DNA of 64,000 nucleotides from contig CM120641.1 of assembly GCA_051362555.1 (NCBI GenBank), forward strand, positions 1,798,001 to 1,862,000. The letters are read 5' to 3'. Below the pieces are notes generated by a model. That model did no database searches. It was not told where the DNA came from and saw nothing but the letters and a program-made list of their open reading frames with translations. Shown here piece after piece: positions 14,100 through 27,120 of the stretch. How positions within the stretch are numbered: the first letter of the stretch is position 1; every line of letters starts with the position of its first letter. This DNA is from Lingula anatina (taxonomy: Eukaryota > Animalia > Brachiopoda). The position numbers and the translations under genes are program-made.

Positions 14100-14660
14100 T
14101 CCATCACATTTTTATTAAAACTGATGCTTTGAATGTCCTTCTCTTTTTGTTGGTTGGTTTTTTTCCCCTTTTATAAATTAGTCTTCTTTTTGTCCATATT
14201 TTACGATACTTGCAGTTTCATGGAGTCTGTAAAGTGCAGACCCAATATTCATTCCATTAAATTTTTGTAGCTCCTTTTGTCAGTCACTTTGCTTATGGGC
14301 AAATCTTCCTTGATCATCCAGTAAATGGTCCTCAGTTGGATGCTTAAGTTATCAGTTGTTGTTGTTTTTTTTCAGCATTAGTTATTGCTGTTTTGAATGT
14401 AGCAGCTTGCTGCTTCTCGGAATACCTATGATGCAACAAGGCTTCGTGCGTCATAAGACTACTGCGTTGAAAATCCAAACAGCCAATTGTAAAAGTTTTT
14501 TTGGATTTTCCTGCCCAGCAGATGACACAAAACATTTTACTGCTTTCAAAATTTAGCCACTTGAAATCATTCATCCCTGCAGGAATGAAGGGTCTGCTTT
14601 CTTTTGGCGCACGTGGACCACTCTTTTCCACGGCCATGATTGCATAAGCCACCTGACTAT
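14100..14660 (-). mobile_element. hAT transposase remnant, ZNF862/TTF zinc-finger type N-terminus
   Basis: FKWL...MFCVIC...FTIGCLDFQRSSLMTHE...H, then after a break IQLRTIYWMIKEDLPISK; adjacent hAT-like end cagggctcagcattaacgct (minus strand, ~14043-14062). Confidence 0.7.
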
Positions 14661-16530
14661 AATACCTGAAGCATATCGATCAACCTCAATTCAGTTGCAT
14701 TGGATTTCTTTAAGGTGTTCTGACCATTGACTTTTGTCATCAGACAGCATACCATAGAACACAACACGTCTTGTTGAGATGTAATAGCGGTAAACTTAAT
14801 AGGAAAAAACAAACAAAATATACCTTAAGTACAAAGGCAATGACAAAGTAAACTTTACAAAATTATTTCGTCTAAAACTGAAGTCCAATAACGGTAACAC
14901 AGTTGTTATAATATTAAGAATGCTTTGTAAAACTTAACAGTAATAAAGGTAAGGAATTTAAAGAATGATTTTGTACTAAAGCCTAAGTGTAATACTATTT
15001 CACAATAGAACGTATCTGAACTAAACTTAAGAGCATTTACAGTATTAGTTAAACAAATGTAAATTCTTTAGTTTCTAAGGGGCTTTTTAATAGGAAAACA
15101 TTGGAAATATTGGAAATATTGAATCTAACCTAGTCCCTGGTTCTTATCGGTACTTTCAGTAGCTAGAAGGACCAGGACCGCAGGGCCAGGGGCTTTTTTG
15201 GCCTGAGCCTAGAGTAGGTAGAGGGATAAAAGAGCCAAGGCCCTGGGATATTTTAATCCCTGACAGTCATTTAGGCCTATTCATAAATAAATAGGAGGCG
15301 GCTTACATGTAAATAATACATTTTCAGCACTTGAACAGACATAGCCGGCATCTACTTATACTATAGTATAGTAGGTCTTTAGTATAGCTAGACCTACCTA
15401 ATTAATTGATTAATAAGGCAAGCGTGATCTGATAAGATAAGGAAGGGGACACTGCAATTTGAATTGAATTCAATTGCCTGATTTAATTTAGCAAGCTAGT
15501 AGGCCAAGCTATTCTCAGTTTTTATGAGCAATACAAGGCATACTATTGTTACCGTCTGCGTCATTATGCCGTTCCTTGGTTGTTGGAAATACTTAACAAA
15601 AATACAGGTACTTCAATTCCGACCGTGGATCTCATGCGCGAGATCAGAGGGTGGTTGACTAGCTGTGTAACAACAGTCCGAACATCGTCTGGTGCCCCTG
15701 TACTGTTTCGCCGTAAATCTCGTAACAGGTCATCAAATTGGGATACCTAAGCTAATGCCTCGATTTCCTGTCTTGATTCAGTGGGCCTCGTTCTAGCAGC
15801 AGGCCGACAGCGACCACGGTTAGACATGTTAGACATGCCACCAAACCTGTTATTGGGCGCAGCCATGTTTGATGTGGTGACGTCATCGTTCTGTGCAGTC
15901 ACGTGAATCTTGACGAGTCACGTGAAATTTGAAGCCAATTTTGCTGTCTTGAAGGCGATTTTGCCGTCTTGAACTTAAATTTATCTTGCGCTGATATTCT
16001 GTTGTTTTGAATGAAAATTTCCGATTTGAAGCTATTTTTCAAATCTAGACGATGGAAATGTATGAATTGAGACAAAATATTTGTGTCTTGAACGTATTTT
16101 TGATGTTTTGAAGGAAATTTTCCCATCTTGAATTTTTTCCGCTTTGGCGTGCTATACTATACAGCAAGATTGAAAGTTTGAATAGCAGCTTTATTGGAAT
16201 GTTTTTGTAATGTTTTCTTTTTAATTTATTTTCAAACACTTGCATTTTCAAGATGTGACTTTTAAACCCCCATCCACCTGAAGCTCTGCACATTTTCTGT
16301 ATTTCCACATAAGCAGTTGTATTCAATTTGGTATTAATGTCTTTAAACATTATGTATTATTATTTTATGCACTGTCATCATTTTTCAAATATTGGGATTT
16401 TCATTATGTGAATTTGAACTCTGATGGTCCTGAAACTGTAATCTTATTGCAGGGGCGGATTAAGACCGTCTTCTGGGTGTTCTGGATCAAAATTATATGC
16501 ATGACATAAGCAATGGATGTAGCTGGAGTG

Positions 16531-16700
16531 TCAGGGATAGTTGGTAATGACATCGCAAAAGAATGTAACCATCCATTGGGTGCTAATTATAGTGCCTTCC
16601 TCTCTAAACAAGAGTCCATAGTTCACCTGCTGTTCAAAGCCGGAAATTGCCTCGACAGGTGTAACGAACATCCAAATTACTAGAGCTACCATAGGACCTA
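16531..16700 (-). mobile_element. Gypsy env-like ORF 5' fragment
   Basis: Signal-peptide-like stretch then VNYGLLFREEGTIISTQWMVTF, lying downstream of an integrase C-terminus. Confidence 0.45.
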
Positions 16701-17039
16701 GGATCTGTTTCTTCCCTACAAAAGAAAACAAAACAGAAAAGTTGCGCGTGAATTTTGATATTACAGAAAAAAAAGGTAGTGAGCATGGTTGCCAAAGAAA
16801 CATGGAAGCAATTATGGGGATTCTGTTTTATAGTCTAGCATACCCAAGAATTCGATTTCAGTTACTTCTTGTCATACTAATGGTGCCATTATTTACTTAA
16901 CATTATTCATCTAATATTTATGCATGCATTTTCCCCTGTTTTTCTGTGTTTTTTACCATGCAAGGTTTTCTGAGTGTGAAACTCTGTCTTAAAATTTGTG
17001 AGTCTAGGTCTCTACTTATCTATTGCTTTTCAGAAATTC

Positions 17040-17444
17040 CTTCCAACTTTACAAGTTAAAAATGTTGGGGGTTCCCTTTACATTTGACTACGAAAAAATA
17101 GTATTTTTTCTACCACTTTAGGCTGGCTTGATGGTTAAGTGATGTACTGTAGTTTGTTGGTGTTGGATCGGGCAGATTGTTATTGAGATTGCTGGGTGGA
17201 ATGTGGTCAGGGTACGGTGTACGTGTTACTGGGTCTTTGTACTGTTTTAGCCTATCAGCATTTACAGGTGCACGAGCTAATTTATCCGTGTTTGCATCCC
17301 TAACCATGTAAGTGGACTCACCTATCTATCATGTGATCAATGTATAAAGGCCCTTTGTATTTTTGTGTGGGCTTTGATGAGTGCCCGACTGGTGTGTGTT
17401 CATACTTAACAAGGACTTTATCTCCTACATCATATGTGGGCTGC
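17040..17444 (-). mobile_element. Gypsy integrase C-terminal fragment
   Basis: HKKYKGPL (GPY/F-like) and YMVRDANTDKLARAPVNADRLKQYKDP, with frameshifts. Confidence 0.65.
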
Positions 17445-17940
17445 TTAGCTTGGGTTTGCTGTTATTTCGCTCATTCCTTGAAACAGTTGATCCAAAAGTA
17501 TATCGTCATCATCTGAAACCATCTTGACAAAGGGTGTGAGGATGGACCTTGTATTGCGTATGTAATTTTGCTCTGGTTGTATTGCCTCTGGCTTCAAGAG
17601 ACATGTCTTCATATGCTTCCAAAGTGATGATTTCAAATAAAATCCTAGGCAATATTCACAGGGCAGATAATTAGTGGCATGGTGCTGATTTCCTTTGTTT
17701 ATTCCCCGGGCAACAACCAGCTTACCTTCACCCTCTGCAATTACCTTTATGTTGAGGAGAAAATTGCCTTTATTTTGGACCTTCAAAAAAATTTTCTTTC
17801 TATGGATTTTGGTGGAAGAAGAAGCTTCTTGATATCTTCTTTCCTTGCTGGACAACTGAGTATAAACAGTTACACTTTCCCTCTGCAGTATGTTGTTTTC
17901 CTTGACGAAAGTGGGACAATCTCTCAAAGACTGTTTTTTA
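17445..17940 (-). mobile_element. Fragment of an uncharacterised repeat-borne protein, possibly from a tyrosine-recombinase-associated element
   Basis: NKGNFLLNIKVIAEGEGKLVVAR...YLPCEYCLGFYLKSSLWKHMKTC (zinc-finger-like CxxC..H..C); unrelated to the flanking Gypsy sequence. Confidence 0.45.
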
Positions 17941-17949
17941 GCCCGATAG

Positions 17950-18563
17950 AATGCACCCGTCTGCTGTCTTCTTGGTTGCATAGGAGCCTGCGTCTCTCTT
18001 TGGGACGTCTCCATGATGTGCACCTCTGCAGGGCGAGCGGCGTTGATTACCTGACTCATCTGTGCGCTGAGAACGTCTATTTTGGCTGTTACCTCCATGA
18101 GGTCCATGTTCTGCTTTATGCTGGAGGGCTGTACCGCATTCTCAGCCAGCCTCGCCTGTGACATCAGTTGGTCTAGGTCACGTGGCTCCTGTTGTACAAC
18201 AAAGGGACGGATCTGTGGCAATAGACCGTTCACAATTGCTGTTAACATGATTTTTTCATCGAGTTGTGCTAGTTTGGTGTCATGCCTCATGGATGGGATG
18301 TAATTTTGGACGGGTTACCCTGGCAGTTGCTGCCTCTTAAACAGTTTTGTTGTTATAGACCAAGTTTCCGTGTTTCTTGGCCTATGTCTGTTAACAAATT
18401 CTTCTTTGAGGCTTCTACATTCCTGTTTCACTTCCTCGGCCAAAGTTTCGTACCAGTCCAATGCAGCAGCAGTGAGTAATAGAGGAAAAATGGAAATAAT
18501 TTGGTGTCCTTGTATAGAATTTGTTTGCTTGTTTTGGCAATCTGTTGGATTTTCTCCTTGCAT
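17950..18563 (-). mobile_element. Gypsy gag remnant (Retrotrans_gag-like)
   Basis: IFPLLLTAAALDWYETL...LKEEFVNRH...LFKRQQLPG, frameshift, then AIVNGLLPQIRPFVVQQEPRDLDQLMSQARLAE. Confidence 0.75.
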
Positions 18564-20199
18564 CTAGAGCGTGTAGGTAGCTGGATCAATTTCCTCCACC
18601 AGTTATAGTACTGCTAATTCGCCTGTATTATTAATGAAGAACATATATCTTTTTGGGAGCCTAAAAGATTTATTCGTATATTCTTCCTTTCCAGTTACAA
18701 TGTGTTCTCTTTTATCCTATAGAGCGTCATTCCAATGTCATGATGTATCACATTCTTTCTACATTACCTTATTTGGTAATGTAATAATTCCTCAGCTCTT
18801 ACACAATGTCTATGATTATCCATTTTTCCATAACTTTCCATCATTACGTCATTACTAAAATGTAATCATTCTCTTATTAGGCAATGGTATGATACTTGAC
18901 CGTAGGTCGCAATTTCTATTAATACAGATTTTTCATTGTATCATCCTGAAGAAATGATACCTATACTCCTTTATTCTTTTTTTTATTGTTGAACAACACA
19001 TGCACTCTTTAACTCTCTTATTTACACTGTTTAATCTCTTAACGTTCCGCCTGGCTGCTGAAATATTTGGACCTCAGGGCCGGTTCATCTCTTTGCATAG
19101 GGGATTCCTGTGAATGAAAATATTCCTCCCCTCCAATTGAATTCATGGGAAAAGCAGGTGTACTGGCAATATTTGGGCCTAGATTTGAGTTTGGGTCAGG
19201 CAAACTAAGAAAATTAGGGTCAATTTGGTTCCTTTGAACCTCTGGACTAGATGGAAAAAGTCCACCCTCTGGTGTAGTTTTGAGATAAGTGCTTTAACTA
19301 GTCTCATATTCTTTTGCTCAGCCTGAAAGGGATCTGTTGTAGTATTCAGAACAGTCGGTTTCCTTTTCCCTGAACTAAACAATTTCTTAGCAGACTGCCA
19401 CAACCAGTTTTGACCCAACTTTGGCATCCATGATGACCCAGATTCTGCTGACCTAGATAGATGGGGCTTTAGGAAAAAAATCTATAACACCTGGTGCAAG
19501 AGGAGATAACTGCACTTCTAACCATTCTTCTACTAATTCTTTTAAGTTACCCCTTTGAGCCCTTAACAAATACAACATTCATGCCTGCCCTGATGTAACA
19601 CCGGGTATGTGTTGAAGTTGAATGTCGGTGACATAATTTATTTAGAATTTATTCACGTGACCCGCCATTTTGTGAATTGTGTTCACTTTTGTACGAAACT
19701 CTAACAAAGACCGAAAACAAGATTAAAAAAGTCAAAATTACCTAAATAATGCTCTTACACTAGACAATAATACTTACCAGTACTTTTACTGACAGTAAAT
19801 TATTGTTATAATGATGTAGTTATAGCGTTGACCTAGTAAATTGGAATCCACGAGTGATGGGCGCTTTCACCACTTACACTCGTGACCACTCAATTTTTAA
19901 TTTTTTCTGGACTGATGCTTTTAGCTATGTGAGTTCGTGCTTCCTCGTCGCCAATATAGAATTCCCTTTGGATTCTAAATAAGGTAATAGTAGAATTTCT
20001 TACCTTAACAGCTCTTTAGCTTGACCCGAATCGTCACTTCTATGAATAGCACGTCTCCTCATACAGAAGTATGGCATATATATCTCTGCCGGTCTCACTC
20101 TCAATTCTGTCATGTGACCTGCCTTTTCAAATCGAGACATAGACACACTCACCGGCACTACAATAGGTATGAAAACGTGCCTCATAGCCTTGATTTTAC

Positions 20200-20408
20200 G
20201 TGTCTGCTTGGGCGTAGGCCGAGAATGAAGTATTGCACCTTGGATGGCTCTCCAAAATTTGAGCATGCCTCAAGAATTTAGGTGGACACCATCCCGGGAA
20301 AGTAAGTCCTGCCAGGCATCAACCGCTCCAGGGCATCTCCAAAGATGGGCATGCGGGTGTGTGGACAGTCGCTGCTGGAGTAGGCTATTGATGGCTGTAA
20401 CCTGATCA
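20200..20408 (-). mobile_element. SGNH hydrolase/esterase fragment (retroelement-type), interrupted by Helentron copy 2
   Basis: DQVTAINSLLQQRLSTHPHAHLWR...DLLSRDGVHLNS*GMLKFWRAIQGAI with the DxxH block; the frame continues at ~22910-22940. Confidence 0.65.
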
Positions 20409-22909
20409 TTGTACCACCAGCGTAGGCGCTGGCGGTACACATGGTTTTAGTCCCGACCCGTATGTTCCGCCGGCTCCTGCGGCTCCGCCGGCTCCTGCGG
20501 CTCCGCCGCCAAGTCACCGTTACCGCTTCTCCTCCTAGACGGTAAGGGCCTCCATACCCATCTCTTGGATTTAGGTCACCTATAATCTCAACTCGTTCCA
20601 CGTAAAATTTGGGCTTTGTCGGTATTGGGGTCTAGGTTTGGCACTCATTGCAATGCACCCTTGTCCAAAAATGGCAAAATTAAATGCTAATTATCTCCCC
20701 TACGGAAGGAATTATGGGAAAAAATTCTACAGACAGCTTTCCAAAAGTCATATGTGTAGATTTCAAATATGCCCTTGGATTTGACCTTTGACCTTTATTT
20801 CAAGGTCAAACGGGCCAAAATTTTCAAAAAAACAAAATTTTTGCCGAAAAAAAAATTATTTGCGGTCTTATTCAGACACCACACAGACTTAACTAATAAT
20901 ATTAATGGAAAGTGTTACCCTTCGGGTCATCTTTCATCTCCGTGAATTTGGGGTCAATCGGTGCATTTTCACGGGAGTAGCGGCCATAAGATATCGAAAC
21001 TGAAAACTGTCTCTAATTCGGGAACCGTTAATGCTAGACACCCATTCTTTTTTGCATTTTGTAGAGCATTTAAAGCCCAACACTGGAAGTGGTCTCCGTT
21101 TTTTTGTATTTTATACGGTTTTCGAGTTACGCTGTATCAAAAAGTACATATTGGTTGTGAAAGCAAAATGTGCAGTACGGTAATGGATAATAAATTTTGA
21201 ACTCCGGAAAAATAAAACATAAGGCTTGGCAAAGCAGACAACTTGTGGTCAAAAATGACATTATTTCATCAAATTTGAACATCTGGAACTTCAGAGCACC
21301 TCCCATTTCAAGAATTTTGACCAAAATGACCTTTTCTTTATTTTAATTAATTTTTTCTGTAGGAAATTTATGGCACATTATGGTAACTCCAAAATTATAC
21401 CATTTAGTCCCTTATATCTCCAAAACTGGCAGAGATAGGTCCATAGTTACTATTGAAGTTGAATAGGAAGTCATATACTGGCAATCTAAATGTGACCTTA
21501 AAATTGACCTTTGACCTACTTTTCACCATAAACTAAACTTTGCAAATTTTGCTTCCCTTTTATCTCCAAAACTGACAGAGATAGGTCCATAGTCTCTATT
21601 GAAGTTGAATAGGAAGTCATATACTGGCAATCTTCATGTGACCTTAAAATTGACCTTTGACCTACTTTTCACCATGAACTGAACTTTGCAAATTTTGATT
21701 CCCTTTTATCTCCGAAACTGGCAGAGATAGGTCCAAAGTCTCTATTGAAATTGAATAGGAAGTCATATACTGGCAATCTACATGTGACCTTAAAATTGAC
21801 CTTTGACCTACTTTTCACCATGAACTGAACTTTGCAAATTTTGATTCCCTTTTATCTCCAAAACTGGCAGAGATAGGTCCATAGTTACTATTGAAGTTGA
21901 ATAGGAAGTCATATACTGGCAATCTTAATGTGACCTTAAAATTGACCTTTGACCTACTTTTCACCAAGAACTGAACTTTGCAAATTTTGCTTCCCTTTTA
22001 TCTCCAAAGTTACGCTGTATCAAAAAGTACATATTGGTGGTGAAAGCAAAATGTGCAGTAAGGTAATGGATAATAAATTTTGAACTCCGGAAAAATAAAA
22101 CATAAGGCTTGGCAAAGCAGACAACTTGTGGTCAAAAATGACATTATTTCATCAAATTTGAACATCTAGAACTTCAGAGCACCTCCCATTTCAAGAATTT
22201 TGACCAAAATGACCTTTTCTTTATTTTAATTAATTTTTTCTGTAGGAAATTTATGGCACATTATGGTAACTCCAAAATTATACCATTTAGTCCCTTATAT
22301 CTCCAAAACTGGCAGAGATAGGTCCATAGTCTCTATTGAAGTTGAATAGGAAGTCATATACTGGCAATCTAAAAGTGACCTTAAAATTGACCTTTGACCT
22401 ACTTTTCACCATGAACTGAACTTTGCATATTTTGCTTCTCCTTTATCTCCAAAACTGGCAGAGATAGGTCCATGGTTACTATTGAACGTGAATAGGAAGT
22501 CATATACTGGCAATCTAAGTGTGACCTTGAAATTAACCTTTGACCTACTTATTATCATGAACTGAACTCTGCTAATTTCTTTCTCTTTTAACTCCAAACC
22601 TGGCAGAGATAGGCCCATAGTTACTATTGAAGTTGAATAGGAAGTCATATACTGGCAATTTACTGTGACCTTGGAATTGACCTTTGACCTACCTTACGAT
22701 GAACTTAACTTTGATTGTACCATTTTTAGTTATATATATATTTTTTGCATATTTTGAAAATTCTTGTTGATTGCATATTAACAGCTTGTCAAGCACAAGA
22801 CTGGTGGCTGTGTTCCTTATTTTGTATATGTGGGGGTCTACACGAATGCGCTTGCTCCAGCTGGTGGTACAATATTCGGAGGCGGTATCGCCTCTCTGAT
22901 CCTCTAGTT
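20409..22909 (+). mobile_element. Non-autonomous Helentron-type element, copy 2
   Basis: Same termini as 1914-4560; 4+3 units of 146 bp; exactly 146 bp shorter than copy 1. Confidence 0.85.
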
Positions 22910-22939
22910 AAAATCTTCCTGGTAGAGCAGGGTGGGGAT

Positions 22940-23177
22940 TCTACTGAGAAACCTTGGACTCATCGATATATTTCGGCTCTATCTTTTGGTTATATTCATG
23001 CGTCACCACATTAGACATTACAACTTCCAGTCCTTCTTCAAAATCATCGGTAAACTTGATTTCTTCATTCCAAAATTTGACATTGATCTTCTACTCTGTG
23101 TTTGTGCACTTCAAGACCACATCCCTTCTAGCCTATTTTCTGGGAGAGCCTTCTCCAGGCAGAGCCACAGCTGACAC
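22940..23177 (-). pseudogene. OB-fold (RPA-like) exon fragment with stop codons
   Basis: After acceptor ttgtag: ...RRDVVLKCTNTE*KINVKFWNEEIKFTDDFEEGLEVVMSNVVTHEYNQK. Confidence 0.4.
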
Positions 23178-23439
23178 CTACAATAAAAAGTGTATTAATG
23201 ATCATATAATATGAAATATTGACAATTCAACCTCCATATTTAGGGATTTAGACCTAATTCAGACATTTTGGTGAAGATCAGTATAAATGACAGATTCAAT
23301 TCAGTTAAATCAAATTTAAATGAAGTATATTACTTTTTTCTCAACAATATTTTTTATTAAAGAAAATGGATAATCAAATAAAAAATAAATAATCAAATAA
23401 ACATATAATCATGAACTATCTAGAAAGTACCCCCCCCCC

Positions 23440-23474
<35 letters not shown>

Positions 23475-23790
23475 ATCGCCTCCCCCTCGTCTTCTTGCAG
23501 CTTGCTCAAGACCACACTCCTCAAACTGAAAGGAGGAAATATCCACATAAAACTGTTATTCCAACTAATCCAAAAAGCATTTACAGCTACTGCACCAGGA
23601 TCAACTCTCCATGATACATAAGTATCCAATTGAAAATTAAGTCTAGAGGCAAACATGTCAATCTTGGGTTTTTCCCACAGCATTGTTAATCTCTGAAAAA
23701 TACAACAATCTATCATCCATTCTGTTTGATCATCAAATCTTCTACTTGCTCTATCAGCATCAACATTTATGTCTCCTCCATCTCCGTGTA
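23475..23790 (-). mobile_element. DIRS-like retrotransposon fragment (RNase H end and methyltransferase-like domain)
   Basis: NVDADRASR...EW...IDMFASRLNFQLDTYVSW.VDPGAVAVNAFWISW...IFPPFSL..VLSKL. Confidence 0.8.
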
Positions 23791-24859
23791 CCACAAACTT
23801 GCATAGTCCTATTCATAACAAAAGAGAAGGCAACAAAGACTATCGGTTGTTCGTGATTTGGCCAAACAAGGCCGCTTTTATTATATAAACTCACTATCCT
23901 AATAATTTTAACAATAATAACAATGTAGCAAATTGTTGCCTGCATTAAATGCTATGGCCTTAGGGATAAAAATTAAATATGAAATGTTAAATAGGACTCA
24001 TCATCCCCCTCCCCCCAAAAATGCAGCATTGAATCCGAGGCTACGAGTTAATTTATAAGTGTTAGACTGTCGCCATAAATTAATATTTGACTACGCCAAG
24101 CTTCCCTATATCTGTGGAGGGCGGACTTTTAATTTTTTTGTGTTATGTTACCATTATACTTTCCTTTATGATTTATCAAGTATAATGGTGTACCAAGCCT
24201 TTATTTCTTTAATTCACCCCTTATCATAATTAAATCTTCTTTCATTTGAAATTAAAATATGAGGCGAACACATTTTTATATAAATGTTTCAGAAATATTG
24301 AGAGAGTGCCGATTATAAATGTTTATCTAGCTTGTTAAATATACCTTGTGATGGAGTCGCTTTTACTAGCTCTGACGAACAGTGACAATCTGAGGGCGTT
24401 CTTCAAAATTTTGCCTGGGGCGCTTCCATATTTGGAAGTCACACGTCACAGCTGTTTCCGCCTGGATCCATATTTGGAAGTCATAAGTCTTGTACGTCAC
24501 AGGTTTGGCCGCCTGGAGCTGCCTTTCCCGCCTTGCGCTGAAGTTATCTCGTGCAGACGAGACAAAGTGCCTGACGCGGAGTTAGAAGTTTGAATTGAAA
24601 ATATCTTGCAGTCGAAGGTCGGTGTCACAATATAAGCACCATTCTGCTTTAAAAACTGATTTTGGTGTAGCCATTGCGCAGCTCTTATAGTGGTATCAGG
24701 CATACAGTTTAGCTGTCAAATTTGGCACACGGCAAGCACGTTTATTGTGCACGTGTATATCTCAGGACTACATGTTCTTTAAGAAGCAAAAATACAAAAA
24801 CATTACTGTGAAATTTATGGCTGCAAACAAGCAGTTAACAATGTTCACGGCCTTATTAA

Positions 24860-25260
24860 ACTTCTCACTTGATGCTCTAAACTATGGCAGTCTTGAAAAC
24901 GTTTCAGCTTTGCCATATGAAAACTTTCTCCGCCAGCTTAAAAGACTAGTAAGAAAACCAAAATACCCACTCCAACAAGTAATACGAAGACTATCAGAAA
25001 AAAATGGCGAAAGAAGCAGTTATAATAATACTTTTGCTCATGCAACTCTGCACAAGAAACATTCCAATGGCCCTCTTCTTCCAGAATTTACAACTTCAGT
25101 CCAATATCAGACAGTGAAGACAACAAAATTTGTAATTTGATTGGACCAAAAAGACTCCTGCATTCTTATAAAAGGCAAAATATGTTGTATTAAGAATATC
25201 CTCAAAGTGGATGATCAGATTTACATTATCTATCAACACTTTAGAAATGAAGAGGATTTT
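24860..25260 (+). mobile_element. CACTA/EnSpm transposase C-terminal fragment
   Basis: YGSLENVSALPYENFLRQLKRLVRKPKYPLQQVIRRLSE then DSCILIKGKICCIKNIL. Confidence 0.75.
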
Positions 25261-25262
25261 TT

Positions 25263-25700
25263 TTATTTCTGCATATTTGTTTGTAGCTATGCGAGGCTGC
25301 ACGGGTCCCCCCCTTCCATTTCTGAAAAAAAAAATCACATTAATGTTTCCCTCTTCCCTTAGTAGAGCCGCATTTTGCAACCGGTTGTAAAATGCATTCG
25401 GTTGCAAAATGTGGCTCTACTGGAGTTAATTTCCAGGCATCTTGCATTCCCTGACATCTGAAAGTTCATCCATATCCACAAAAGGGTCATCATCCAAGGT
25501 ATCCTCTTTCACTGAACTGGGTATGTCTTCAACTGATGATGAACAGCCCAGAAAATAACACAGATACTCTGATGGGACCTTTTGCAGCATTTTTTTCCAC
25601 ATTCACTTGGTCTATTTTCAAAAACCTCTTCTGTAGTTTGTATTTGGTGATAAGGTTAGCAAAGTCTACTGCATGAAGGAAATATCTGTAAATAAGATGA
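25263..25700. repeat. Local duplication module A (second copy ~29237-29652)
   Basis: Near-identical tttctgcat...gtagctatgc, tttccaggcatcttgcattccctgacatctg...aaatatctgtaaataagatgaacag. Confidence 0.8.
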
Positions 25701-25992
25701 ACAGCCAAACTGGTAACTGGTATCTGTAAATAAAATGAACAGCATGGTGAAGATGCTAGGTAAATAATAAAATAGTATATGAGCAGACTTGTGACAGTAA
25801 GGGGAGAGAGAGAAAAAATTATTTCAAAGTTATTTTATGTAACAGTATGTGACCCTTTCAATTTCACTTAGTACCAATTATAAATTTGCTAGTCAGTTAA
25901 TGTTGTGACTAAACATAGGTATGTCCCTAAATTTCTAAGACAAAAGAAAAATATTCATTTAATTTTTGAGGTTATATAGGTCAATAATTATA

Positions 25993-26140
25993 CCTTCTAC
26001 TTTTTGGAGGTGGTTCCTTTCCTTGGAATATGTGGTTCACAACATGCTCCTTAACACAGGCCTCAAGCTCCTGTCTGCTCCTGAGACCATTTTCAAGGAA
26101 ATCCAAGACCTTACTCCTCACCATTGGATCTACAGGTTCA
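25993..26140 (-). mobile_element. CaRF-like/MULE-associated exon fragment
   Basis: EPVDPMVRSKVLDFLENGLRSRQELEACVKEHVVNHIFQGKEPPPKSR followed by a GT donor. Confidence 0.5.
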
Positions 26141-26142
26141 CT

Positions 26143-27120
26143 TTAGCCACCCGTGGGCTCTGCTCGAGCTGCCTGCTTGTTTGTTGGGATTCGTGCCACG
26201 TGTTCACAGATCCAGGAATGGGGCCTAAACTGCACTGCTAGCAACACCTGTGCTAGTTTCTTCCTCCACCCCTTGAACACTCTGCCCCATGCCAGAGCCA
26301 CCTGTCGCAGGTTGTTGGCTTGCTCCATGCAGTCCTTGGGTGCCATCGCTACCCGGTCCACCATTATGTCTGTCTTATGCAAGGGCCAGCTTCTGCCCTC
26401 TGCGGTCCACTCCTCAATGTCCACCACTAACTCCTTCCATGAGACCCTCATAAGTTAACCTCCCCAGTTTACTTGTGACGTTCACACAGCAGTCCAATGC
26501 CTTACCCTTAAGGCAGAGGCACAGCGCATCCAGGGACATATCACAATCCCAGTCCTCCCTTTCTGTGTGACGTAGGAAAACCAACTTGAAAGCAGCCCAG
26601 CTTCCATGTCCATTGAATATTAAACTCTTAGGAGGGTTTACCTTCCTCCTATCCATTGAATCCTGTGTTTCCTCTAGCTCTGTGAGTTGTGCAGCATTCC
26701 TCAAGGCCGTGTCTCGTTTAGGAATAGGAGAGCCAATAAACACAGGGTGCTCACCCGGGTTATCTCTCCCCACAGGAGTGCTATGATACACAGGGTGTTT
26801 CAAGTAGTTACTATCTCCTACCACTAGGGAACCTGGATGTCCAGGGTGCCTGACCTGGCCATCATCTAGCTATCACCAGTAAAATGCCGTGATTCCCAGG
26901 GTACCCTGAGTGACTACCCTCTCCCCTGGGGTCAACAAATGACACCCCCCCACCCCCCCTTGGAAGAGGTGTAAATAGCTCAGGCGTATAAACAAGCCTA
27001 TCTTGTCCCGTATGACCGACTGCTGCCCCACCCCCCATGGGGCTAGGTGTATGCGGGACATATGGGGGAACAGGAGGACCCCCCCCCCCCCCCCCCCCCC
27101 CGATTAACCCTACTAGTGGC
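26143..27120 (-). mobile_element. Gypsy gag remnant, second family
   Basis: Pro/Gly-rich leader, then PKSLIFNGHGSWAAFKLVF...W...LCLCLKGKALD; frameshifted continuation containing DRVAMA. Confidence 0.6.
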
